Shown: in pieces, positions 50,542-58,840 of the stretch
How the letters are laid out: each line of letters begins with the position of its first letter
Numbering within the stretch: position 1 is the first letter of the stretch
Assembly (NCBI GenBank): GCA_045594425.1
Contig: JAZNYK010000007.1
Span: 72,786 to 136,785 of the forward strand
DNA length: 64,000 bases
Origin: Clostridia bacterium
GTDB taxonomy: Bacteria; Bacillota; Clostridia; Christensenellales; UBA1242
Direction: 5' to 3'
Translations under genes and position numbers: made by a program
The notes under the pieces: generated by a model
The model's database searches: none
The model's input: the letters and a program-made list of their open reading frames with translations, nothing else
What the model was told of the DNA's origin: nothing

Positions 50542-50576
50542 GGTATTTTTCGCATTTTATATAAATATATAAAAAC

Positions 50577-51431
50577 CTACAGCAAATCGTTTTCCCTAAA
50601 AAACTCAACTTCATTCATCGTTTTTATTTCATTTAAATTTTTATCTAAAAAAACAAACTTAACAAAATGATAATCATCAATAAACTTAAACAGTGAATAA
50701 TTCTTTTCATTTTCACTGACATAAATTGTTCTTTCAATCAAACCCTTTCTTAAACGCATAAACTTTTTTCTTGCAAACAACTGCCTTTTATAAGATGTAT
50801 CCTTGCTGTTTGATAGCATTAAACACGCAAGATTAACACACACAAACCCAAGCGAAAAATCATACTCAAAAAACACTGTAAACAAAAACAAAATAAACAT
50901 AGCCATTAAAAATAAAAATGAAATCTTTTTTGTTTTTTCAAGAGCATCTTTTCTAGAATATTTTTTACTAAAAATTGCAAGCAAAAACCTTCCTAAATCA
51001 AGTGGATAAATTGGCAAAAAATTAAACAAAAATATAGACCAATTTGCAAGCAAAATATCATTTAAAAAATTATAACTTTCTGGATAAAACCAAAACATCA
51101 AATAACAAAAAATAATAACACATAAATTAAAAATTGGACCCGCCAAAACAATTTTAATTTCATCTTCCAAAACAAAATCATCACTACCTTCAAGTGATGC
51201 CCCAAAAAATGTTAAATGGATTTTTTTAGGATAATAGCCAAGTTTTTTTGCAACAAGAAAATGTGTTAATTCATGCAAAACAGTAAATATTGCAAAATAA
51301 AAATAAACCAAAATTTCATCAAGCAAAAAAGCAATAACAAATATCAAAAAGAATGAAAAATCAAACTTAAATAATTTTGCAAAATCAAATATTTTTCGCA
51401 TTTTTTTGCCGTTTTGACGTAAATATTGCAT
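50577..51431 (-). CDS. M50-family site-2 metalloprotease (SpoIVFB-like)
   Basis: HELTHFLVAKKLG (HExxH in a TM helix), a second motif FNFLPIYPLDLG, and multiple TM helices. Start uncertain: 51431 or the internal ATG at 51401. Confidence 0.75.
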   Translation of the reverse strand: MQYLRQNGKKMRKIFDFAKLFKFDFSFFLIFVIAFLLDEILVYFYFAIFTVLHELTHFLVAKKLGYYPKKIHLTFFGASLEGSDDFVLEDEIKIVLAGPIFNLCVIIFCYLMFWFYPESYNFLNDILLANWSIFLFNFLPIYPLDLGRFLLAIFSKKYSRKDALEKTKKISFLFLMAMFILFLFTVFFEYDFSLGFVCVNLACLMLSNSKDTSYKRQLFARKKFMRLRKGLIERTIYVSENEKNYSLFKFIDDYHFVKFVFLDKNLNEIKTMNEVEFFRENDLL

Positions 51432-51460
51432 ATGTTTTTAAATTATATGCAATAAAAGTG

Positions 51461-51703
51461 CTAAAAATCACTAATTTCAAAAATCTCATCAATAACAACA
51501 TCCAGCCTAAAAATCAATCTCAAATCAGACAACTCCTTCACATTAATAAAAACATTTTTATCCAAAAACATACAATACTTTTTCAAAACCTCAAGTAAGT
51601 CATATCTAATATTTTTAAACACACTCGAACTTATTTCCATGTCTTCATAAAAAATTTTTTCATTAACTTCTCTCTCTAGTTTTTTCTTATTCAAACTGTT
51701 CAT
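51461..51703 (-). CDS. minE: MinE-like topological specificity factor
   Basis: FKNIRYDLLEVLKKYCMFLDKNVFINVKE..LRLIFRLDV parallels the E. coli MinE segment [34 protein letters not shown]. ATG 51703 follows an AGGAGA SD and overlaps the minD-like 3' end. Confidence 0.6.
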   Translation of the reverse strand: MNSLNKKKLEREVNEKIFYEDMEISSSVFKNIRYDLLEVLKKYCMFLDKNVFINVKELSDLRLIFRLDVVIDEIFEISDF

Positions 51704-52460
51704 GCAATTTTCTCCTAATAAATCCAAAGAATCCTAAATAGTTTTTATTCATATTATTTTGAACCCTCTTGTTTGTTATGAAAGCATTACAAAAATTCAT
51801 CATTATTTTTGTTTGATTTATTGTTGTGTTTTTATAACTAAAATAATTTCGTTTAAAAAATTTTGGAATAACAAACAGCACTTCAACTTTTAGCAAATTT
51901 TCAATTTCTTCTTGAGTGAAATTTTTTCCATAAATTTGACCTATTAAATCGGCTTTGTTAACCACAACGTTAAACAGATTAATATTGTTATAAAATAAAA
52001 ACTTTTTCCTCAACCTATGAAGTTTCAAAACAGATTCTTTATCATCACCGGTTAACACGCAAATTTCATTTAAAGCCAAAACGATTTCATGACTTTTCTT
52101 GTCCCCCTCATTATAATCAATCAATACATAGTCAAAATTTTCTGATATTTTTTCTATATAAGATTTTATTAATTTAATATGCCGAAAATAATCAAACTGA
52201 AAAATATTAGTTTTCACAAAACTCAATTTGGAAGACACTTTATTTAAAATATACTCTTCATCAAAATCTCCCACTATCCATTCTTTTAAATCCTTTGGAT
52301 GTTTTGTGTTAAACTTTAACGAAAGACTATTATTATTAAAACAGCCATCAAATGCACACACTTTATACCCTTTCATCGACAGTCTAATTGCAAGGTCATA
52401 AACAATAGATGTTTTACCTATTCCACCCGATGTTCCAACAAAACCAATCACTCTGCTCAT
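51687..52460 (-). CDS. minD: MinD/ParA-family ATPase homolog with altered deviant Walker A
   Basis: GTSGGIGKTS aligns with SGKGGVGKTT (signature Lys replaced by Ser). The C-terminal YLGFFGFIRRKL resembles the MinD amphipathic membrane-targeting helix. Confidence 0.7.
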   Translation of the reverse strand: MSRVIGFVGTSGGIGKTSIVYDLAIRLSMKGYKVCAFDGCFNNNSLSLKFNTKHPKDLKEWIVGDFDEEYILNKVSSKLSFVKTNIFQFDYFRHIKLIKSYIEKISENFDYVLIDYNEGDKKSHEIVLALNEICVLTGDDKESVLKLHRLRKKFLFYNNINLFNVVVNKADLIGQIYGKNFTQEEIENLLKVEVLFVIPKFFKRNYFSYKNTTINQTKIMMNFCNAFITNKRVQNNMNKNYLGFFGFIRRKLHEQFE

Positions 52461-52603
52461 ATTAAAATAATATAACGTTTATATGCTCTCACAAATGCTA
52501 ATTTTGACTCATATTGTTTAAAATTGATTAAAATTAAACATTTTATGTTTTTAGTTTGTATCTTCTCGGCAAAATAATATATAATTGTATTAGGAGTGAT
52601 ATT

Positions 52604-53611
52604 ATGTCAACTTTTTATATCGGTATAAAACTTGGTTCAACAACCACTTGCATTTATAAATCAGAAAATGGTCTTGTTTTAAAAGAAGCAAGCCTTATTG
52701 CTATGCCAACAAACTTAAAATCTCGTGAAGTTAAGGCACTTGGCAACGATGCAAAAAGATTAATTGGAAGAGTTCCTGCAAACATCACTATTGTTTCACC
52801 TATTTCAAATGGTGTTATTCAATATGAAGACTTAGCGGTTCTTATGCTTAAAGGCTTTTTGAAAAAAGTTTTCCCATCAAAATCTATCGGTCAAAACATC
52901 AAAGCCATTGTAACAACACCAATTGGTCTTTCACCTGCTGAAAAAAAGCAATATGAAACAATGTGCTACAAAGCAGGCATAGCAGATGTTTTTCTTGTTC
53001 CTGATGTTATTTCATACGCCGTTGGAAATGGAATTGATATTCAAAGTGAGATTTCTAATTTAATTGTAAATATTGGTGGCGACACAACAAACATTGCAAC
53101 AATTTCAAATTATTCAATAATAAACGGCTACACACTTTCAATCGGCGGAAATATCATAAATGTTGCAATCGCAAAATATATTGAAGAAACATATAATATT
53201 TTTATAAGCACTGAACAAGCCGAGCATTTAAAATATGAAATATGTTCATTGTTTGAAACTTATTCAATTGACTATGATATCATTGGTTTAAACAAATCAA
53301 CCCAACTTAAAGAAACAATAACAATTAATTCTTCTGAAATTTACCCTATCGTTAAACACTATTATCAAAAAATAGCCGAAGCAATTAACTCAATAATTCA
53401 ATCAAGCGACCCTGAAGTTATATCAGATATTTCAAAAAATGGAATTTATTTTTACGGAAGCGGTTCTGCAATGATTGGTCTTGAAAAATTCATGGCTGAA
53501 CAAACTTCTTTCAAAATAAATTCACCAGACACAAGCAGGTCAAATATGCTCGGAACAGGAGTTCTTATCAAGTATCCTCAACTGCTAAAAAAGATACTCA
53601 AAAACACATAA
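52604..53611 (+). CDS. mreB: MreB-like actin-fold protein with substituted nucleotide-binding motifs
   Basis: Colinear with MreB (ALGNDAKRLIGRVPANITIVSPISNGVI). Phosphate-1 reads IGIKLGSTTT, phosphate-2 reads NIGGDTTN and the adenosine motif reads YGSGSAMIG. ATG 52604 follows an AGGAG SD. Confidence 0.8.
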   Translation: MSTFYIGIKLGSTTTCIYKSENGLVLKEASLIAMPTNLKSREVKALGNDAKRLIGRVPANITIVSPISNGVIQYEDLAVLMLKGFLKKVFPSKSIGQNIKAIVTTPIGLSPAEKKQYETMCYKAGIADVFLVPDVISYAVGNGIDIQSEISNLIVNIGGDTTNIATISNYSIINGYTLSIGGNIINVAIAKYIEETYNIFISTEQAEHLKYEICSLFETYSIDYDIIGLNKSTQLKETITINSSEIYPIVKHYYQKIAEAINSIIQSSDPEVISDISKNGIYFYGSGSAMIGLEKFMAEQTSFKINSPDTSRSNMLGTGVLIKYPQLLKKILKNT

Positions 53612-53643
53612 GACTAAACATATCCCTTAAAAATCAAGAGGTA

Positions 53644-53672
53644 TTGACAAAATCATCATTTTTTGTTATAAT
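53644..53672 (+). promoter_or_regulatory. Consensus sigma-A promoter (TTGACA-17-TATAAT with TGn extension)
   Basis: TTGACA at 53644-53649, TGT at 53664-53666, TATAAT at 53667-53672. Confidence 0.75.
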
Positions 53673-53696
53673 AGCCTCGCAAATAAAACTAAAATT

Positions 53697-53744
53697 AGCA
53701 AAAATATGATTACAACCATAATTTATATTTTTGCTGTTTTTATT
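53697..53744 (+). terminator. Terminator-like hairpin within the leader downstream of the consensus promoter
   Basis: 11-bp stem AGCAAAAATAT/ATATTTTTGCT (53697-53707 and 53725-53735) with a 17-nt loop, followed by GTTTTTATT. Lies 28 nt before the ATG at 53772. Confidence 0.5.
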
Positions 53745-53771
53745 GAAAAGATTCTTTAAGGGAGTTGTATA

Positions 53772-54500
53772 ATGGAATCTAAAAGCAAGAAAAAAACCAT
53801 ATTAACAATCACTTTAGTTGCTGTTATTGCTATTGTGGCAGTTATCGCGGTGTTTATTGTTGCAAAAAATATCAAATCAAAATCATCTTCAAATGATTCA
53901 GCAACAAATGTTTCATCTAGCATTGAAGACAGATTATTTCAAGCAAACATAGACATTATTGAAGGAAAAATTCCTCACAACTATGACGGAAACTACAAAT
54001 TTAAATACGTTAGTTCAATCACCTTCAATGATAAATTGACTTCAAACCAAATTAAAGACATCGCAAAACAACACGGAACAAAAGACCCAAATGGTTTAAC
54101 TAGCATCATTGAAAGAAAGAAACTTAATGAAGTAAATAATAGCAATGAAGTAATTGTTTTAAAGAATGGAGTTTACACAAGAAGCACTAAAACCGTTATT
54201 GAAAAAGGCGAATTCGTTGGAAACGATGACCTCGCAGAAGTTAGAGTTTATAAACGTGGCGGAAAAATTTTAAACACACCTGAAAAATTTGAAATGTCAA
54301 AAACTTGTATCAAAGGTGAACAAATTTCAGAGCCAACATCAGATACTGCAAACCCACTTCGCACACACATCTATCTTTACAAAAATTATTGTAGCAGTGC
54401 AGACCCAAATCTTGTGCTTTTTACAATTACATATGTCTATGAATTGTTGCCAGACACAACATTAGAAATTCCTAATTCAAAACTTGAAGTTGACCTTTAA
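53772..54500 (+). CDS. Membrane-anchored secreted protein of unknown function
   Basis: GGGAG SD, an N-terminal TM/signal-anchor helix (ILTITLVAVIAIVAVIAVFIV) and an S-rich linker. Confidence 0.55.
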   Translation: MESKSKKKTILTITLVAVIAIVAVIAVFIVAKNIKSKSSSNDSATNVSSSIEDRLFQANIDIIEGKIPHNYDGNYKFKYVSSITFNDKLTSNQIKDIAKQHGTKDPNGLTSIIERKKLNEVNNSNEVIVLKNGVYTRSTKTVIEKGEFVGNDDLAEVRVYKRGGKILNTPEKFEMSKTCIKGEQISEPTSDTANPLRTHIYLYKNYCSSADPNLVLFTITYVYELLPDTTLEIPNSKLEVDL

Positions 54501-54516
54501 TAAAGGAGATTTAATT

Positions 54517-55551
54517 ATGAAAACATTTATAAAATCTTTAACAAAAGCATTAGCAGTTGTATTTATTATTTCATTCACCATTCTTCCATTTTCTGGATGT
54601 TCAAATAAATCTGCAAACAAAACAGCAAACAACACAACAATTGAAAATATTGCAGATACAGACCAAAACGAAGAAACCGCTGAAAACGTTTCAGACAAAG
54701 AAAAAGAAGAAACACCTGAACATGAATCAGTTGAACTTAACGGAATTTATAAACTTGCAAGACCAATGACTTATAAAGACACTTGGTATGAAAACGAAGA
54801 AGAAGTTATTAAATTTTTTGAAACAAGAGATATTAATGGCGTTTATAATTTCTTAAGAAAATTAAACTTTGAAGAAAACGTGAACAACGTTCACAAAGAA
54901 ATTAATGAAACACCTTATGAAATTATGGCTCGTTTTAACAAAACAATCATTTCAAAACTTTTAAATAAAGAAAACACTTCAACTTATGTGCATACAGGTG
55001 AAAATTTTGTTATAGACAACAAATCAATTTGGGTTGAAGTTGATGAAGACGGAAACACTTTCCTTTATTCTCAATTCACATACGTAAATGATAGCAACCA
55101 AATTGTTCTCACCCCACTTTATGTTAAATATCCAATGACAAAAGTTGCTGGTTCTGAAAACATTTTCACAGGCTATACATACATCTACAAAGCCGAAACT
55201 GCAAAAATTGTTATTGATGGAACAAACAACATTTCTAAAGATGATGCAACAAAACTTGTTTCAGAAATGTTTGACATTGATAGCGAAGTTGAAAACAAAA
55301 CAGATGCTGTTGTTGAGATTTTAAAAGACTGGAAATTTATGATTTCTACAGACCTTTCAAAAATCACAATCTTAAATTCAGATGGTTCATTCACATACAC
55401 AAACCTTGAAAACAATGCTTACACGGTTAATGGAATCACATTTGAACTTTCACATAGAGTTATTGATTTGGAAACAAACACAGAAAAAATAGTGTTTGTT
55501 ATCGAAGTTGATGGTGACATCATCTTTACATTCTCATTTGTGGCACTTTAA
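54517..55551 (+). CDS. Lipoprotein of unknown function
   Basis: ATG 54517 follows an AAGGAG SD. Signal peptide with lipobox PFSGC. Confidence 0.6.
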   Translation: MKTFIKSLTKALAVVFIISFTILPFSGCSNKSANKTANNTTIENIADTDQNEETAENVSDKEKEETPEHESVELNGIYKLARPMTYKDTWYENEEEVIKFFETRDINGVYNFLRKLNFEENVNNVHKEINETPYEIMARFNKTIISKLLNKENTSTYVHTGENFVIDNKSIWVEVDEDGNTFLYSQFTYVNDSNQIVLTPLYVKYPMTKVAGSENIFTGYTYIYKAETAKIVIDGTNNISKDDATKLVSEMFDIDSEVENKTDAVVEILKDWKFMISTDLSKITILNSDGSFTYTNLENNAYTVNGITFELSHRVIDLETNTEKIVFVIEVDGDIIFTFSFVAL

Positions 55552-55557
55552 TAAAAT

Positions 55558-55588
55558 AAAAACACTAGAATTTCTAGTGTTTTTATTT
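55558..55588 (+). terminator. Rho-independent terminator
   Basis: AAAAACACTAG-aattt-CTAGTGTTTTT followed by a T-run. Confidence 0.75.
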
Positions 55589-55744
55589 TGTAGAAAATAT
55601 CCCCTTCTTAACAATTAACCCCGCCCCTTTCGCTACGCTAATTATAGCATATTATTTTTGAGTTTGCATAAATGCGTGCCAAAATAATGCTAGTTGTTTT
55701 AATTTAATTTATAGTTATGATTTTATAATTTATTTTTATCAAGT

Positions 55745-55777
55745 AAAATAAAAAAAGAACTCCTTTTGGAGTTCTTT
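55745..55777 (-). terminator. Rho-independent terminator after ppx
   Basis: AAAGAACTCC-tttt-GGAGTTCTTT overlapping the ppx stop codon, with a U-run on the minus strand. Confidence 0.75.
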
Positions 55778-57297
55778 TATAAAATTTCAAGTTTCTTTTT
55801 AAATGTTTTTTCAAAATCTCTGCCAACATCCATACCTCTCTGAATTTCAAAAGTGGCATCTGCAACAGTGACTGTTTTCATGATAACTGAATCGCCCAAG
55901 ATATCACAATTTATGTCAACGATTACACTATTTTTTGTTCTGTCAAAACACTCTGCAAGTCTTAAAATCACGCCTAATTTCTTTGTTGCGTCAATATCCT
56001 CTACTGTAAGAATACCTGTGTATCTAGCCCAGTCAGACATCTTAATATCACCGCCAGAGTGAAGTGAAGCAACAAAACTAGCAAGGATAAGTTCTCTGTG
56101 TGTCAAACCATAGATTTCACTGTTTAAAACAACTTCAAATGAATGACTTGCGTGTTTGTGATAACTGATACGTTTTCCAACGTCATGCATATATGACGCA
56201 ACTCTCAAAACTTTTACATACCCTCTTGGAAGTTTATGTAAAACTCTGAGTTGTTTAAACAATAACATTGACAAGTTATAAACTTGTTCATTATGCTTTG
56301 TTGCACCTGATTCAAACTCTGATGTTTGAGCCATAACTGAAAAACCAACAATATCTGAATTTGGCTTTTCTAAAGTGCTTGGAGTTACAGAGTTAAACAA
56401 CAAACCTTCAACTAAAGACCTTGTTGTGATTGTTGCTGTTTCTCTTGGAATTTCTTCAAAAATTGTTTTGATTATTTGAACAGCATATGCAAATATGTCC
56501 GCTCTGGTTTCATGCAAACCTTTCAATCTTTTATTTTCATTGAGTTCTAATGCTTTTAATTGATTTAAAATATGGTCTGCATTAGCAGTTTTTAATACAT
56601 ATCCATCATCCTTATCAAGAGGATATTTAGTGTAGATTCTATCCATGCTAGACAAATCTTCAAAATATGTTCCATTTCCAACAAGGGTGAATTCTGGTTC
56701 GATATTGTTAAGCCATTCAAAGTCTGAAAGTTGTGATTTGATGTATTTTGCAACTTTTTCAAAAACTTCTTCTTTGCTGAATTTTTTCAAAGAATACATA
56801 TCAACCAATGTTTTTGGACCAACTGGAATATACGCTTGGTTTAAGATATTTCTTCTGTTATAGTGAATCAAATGAATGTTATCTGCACCAATGTTAACAA
56901 TGACACCCTTTGGAATGTCATAACTATTCATAACACCTGTATAGATTGCAGCATTTTGTTCTTCTGGTGACAATAGTGAAAATCTGAAACCACAAGTAAC
57001 AAACACTTCATCAAAGAAACTATAAATATTCATAGGCTTTGAATCTTTAATAAAACTTGCAATCGCAATAGTTTTTGAAACAGAAAACATATCACAAATT
57101 TTTCTGAAGTTTTTGAGTGTGCTAATGATTGATGAAATTTGATTTTTCTTTAAGAAATGGTCATCATCCATTTCAAGACCAAACTTGATAGGTTCAACCT
57201 CTACATCACAAATTGAAAAATAATTATCTTGAACAACATTCGCAATTACCAATTTTGCAGAATAGGTTTCAACAACAACAACAGCAATTTTATCCAC
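55777..57297 (-). CDS. ppx: Ppx/GppA-family phosphatase with C-terminal HD domain (exopolyphosphatase)
   Basis: An actin-like ATPase-fold N-half, then an HD-domain C-half (YMHDVGKRISYHKHASHS). GTG start at 57297 with a GGAGAG SD. Confidence 0.85.
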   Translation of the reverse strand: MDKIAVVVVETYSAKLVIANVVQDNYFSICDVEVEPIKFGLEMDDDHFLKKNQISSIISTLKNFRKICDMFSVSKTIAIASFIKDSKPMNIYSFFDEVFVTCGFRFSLLSPEEQNAAIYTGVMNSYDIPKGVIVNIGADNIHLIHYNRRNILNQAYIPVGPKTLVDMYSLKKFSKEEVFEKVAKYIKSQLSDFEWLNNIEPEFTLVGNGTYFEDLSSMDRIYTKYPLDKDDGYVLKTANADHILNQLKALELNENKRLKGLHETRADIFAYAVQIIKTIFEEIPRETATITTRSLVEGLLFNSVTPSTLEKPNSDIVGFSVMAQTSEFESGATKHNEQVYNLSMLLFKQLRVLHKLPRGYVKVLRVASYMHDVGKRISYHKHASHSFEVVLNSEIYGLTHRELILASFVASLHSGGDIKMSDWARYTGILTVEDIDATKKLGVILRLAECFDRTKNSVIVDINCDILGDSVIMKTVTVADATFEIQRGMDVGRDFEKTFKKKLEIL

Positions 57298-57469
57298 TAT
57301 TTATACTCTCCTATCAAACTTATTTTACACAATAAATTATATCATAAACTTGTCAAAATGTATATGAATATAAAGATATTTTTTAATTCAATTTAAAATA
57401 TATTAAAAACTTATATTAGAAAAAAATTTATCAAAAACGTTTGACATTTCTGATAAATTTTAAACTAAA

Positions 57470-58252
57470 TTATAACCTTGAAATAACGTGTGATGGACAC
57501 GCTGCAACGCATTTGCCACACTTTATACACTTGTCTGTATCAATTTTAGGAAGACCACCAACCATTTTGATTGCATTTGATGGACAAGCAACCACACACG
57601 CTTCACAATGTGTGCAAGAAACTGAACAATTTCTAGTTACAACAGAGTCTGATGAGTTGTTTTTGCACACAACTTCAACAAACTTTTTTGATGGAATAAG
57701 TGATATTAAGTTATTTGGGCAAACAGCAACACATTCACCACAACCAACGCACTTTTCCTTATCTACAATCGCACAACCTTTTGGTGAAATTGAAATTGCA
57801 CCATATACACAAGATTTAACACAATCGCCACAGCCAAGACAAGCAAATGGACAGAACTTATCACCACTATGTTGTAAGTTTTTACTTGCACAAGTATTGT
57901 CACCTACATATTTGAACTTGTTTTTACAATCAGAACCACCTTTGCAAGCAACAAATGCAACATTATCAAAACGAACTTTTCTTTCCTTTTTCATAATTTG
58001 TCTGCATTTAAGATAATTTTTGCCTGTCAAAAATGAACAAGTGCTCATTGTTGTTTTTCCTTTAGCCATATCTTGTGCAAATTGTGCGCAAGTTGTTCTG
58101 CCACACTTGCCACAATCAAGCCCTGGAAGCAATTCTCTTAAAACTTCAGATGTTTTGTCGAGTTTTTTGTGTTTGTTTGTAACAACAACCATAACAATAA
58201 CGTTGAGTAAAACAAGCATAACTGTCACGACATATAAAACAATTTTTACCAT
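57470..58252 (-). CDS. rnfB: RnfB-like polyferredoxin subunit
   Basis: An N-terminal TM helix, LDCGKCGRTTCAQFA, then several CxxCxxCxxxC(P) motifs (CVGCGECVAVCP, CTHCEACVVACP, CIKCGKCVAACP). Confidence 0.8.
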   Translation of the reverse strand: MVKIVLYVVTVMLVLLNVIVMVVVTNKHKKLDKTSEVLRELLPGLDCGKCGRTTCAQFAQDMAKGKTTMSTCSFLTGKNYLKCRQIMKKERKVRFDNVAFVACKGGSDCKNKFKYVGDNTCASKNLQHSGDKFCPFACLGCGDCVKSCVYGAISISPKGCAIVDKEKCVGCGECVAVCPNNLISLIPSKKFVEVVCKNNSSDSVVTRNCSVSCTHCEACVVACPSNAIKMVGGLPKIDTDKCIKCGKCVAACPSHVISRL

Positions 58253-58261
58253 AACAACTCC

Positions 58262-58840
58262 TTAAACCACCAATATTCCCACATAATATAAAATTATTGA
58301 AAAGATTGCAAGCAAGAATAGTCTTGAAGGAACGTGCCTGAAATTTTTGTTAATATATGATTTGTTGAATGATTCAACAAAAAATCCAACAAAAACATTC
58401 ATAACAAGCACAACCAAAGCAACGGCTATTAAAGACATTGCAAAATTTGCAATAGACACACTCATATCAAGTGTGAAAATAATTGAAAGAGTGTATGCAA
58501 AGTCCATAACGTAAGAATAGGATGTTTCATACAAATAGTGTTTAAAACTAGAAATCTTTGTCCAAATAAATGCAACTAAAAGGTTGTAAATCCCAACAAA
58601 TAAAACGTTTACACTAGTTGCAATATAATACAAATCAAATTTAGAATAAACATAAGTATGCAAAACGTATGCAATAAACGAGCAAACAACAATCCCCAAA
58701 ATTAAAAACAGTGCACTGATGTATCTGAAAGACCTATACATCTTTTCTCTTTGAAATTGAATAGCCCCAGTTCCATTCATTACCAAAACGTTACTTTGAA
58801 CACCATAGAGGATAATATAAGACAATAAAACTTCTAACAT
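58262..58840 (-). CDS. rnfA: RnfA-like membrane subunit, highly divergent
   Basis: Six-TM protein of RnfA size at the RnfA position. The C-terminal region NFRHVPSRLFLLAIFSIILYY parallels canonical PFRGNAIALITAGLMSLAF. The canonical LGLCP motif is absent. Confidence 0.55.
   Translation of the reverse strand: MLEVLLSYIILYGVQSNVLVMNGTGAIQFQREKMYRSFRYISALFLILGIVVCSFIAYVLHTYVYSKFDLYYIATSVNVLFVGIYNLLVAFIWTKISSFKHYLYETSYSYVMDFAYTLSIIFTLDMSVSIANFAMSLIAVALVVLVMNVFVGFFVESFNKSYINKNFRHVPSRLFLLAIFSIILYYVGILVV

Noticed and set aside
57441-58016. 191-aa plus-strand ORF antisense to rnfB.
   Set aside because: It is a shadow of the Cys-codon-rich ferredoxin gene (TGT/TGC read as ACA/GCA). The minus-strand product has unmistakable Fe-S cluster motifs, while the plus-strand product has none.
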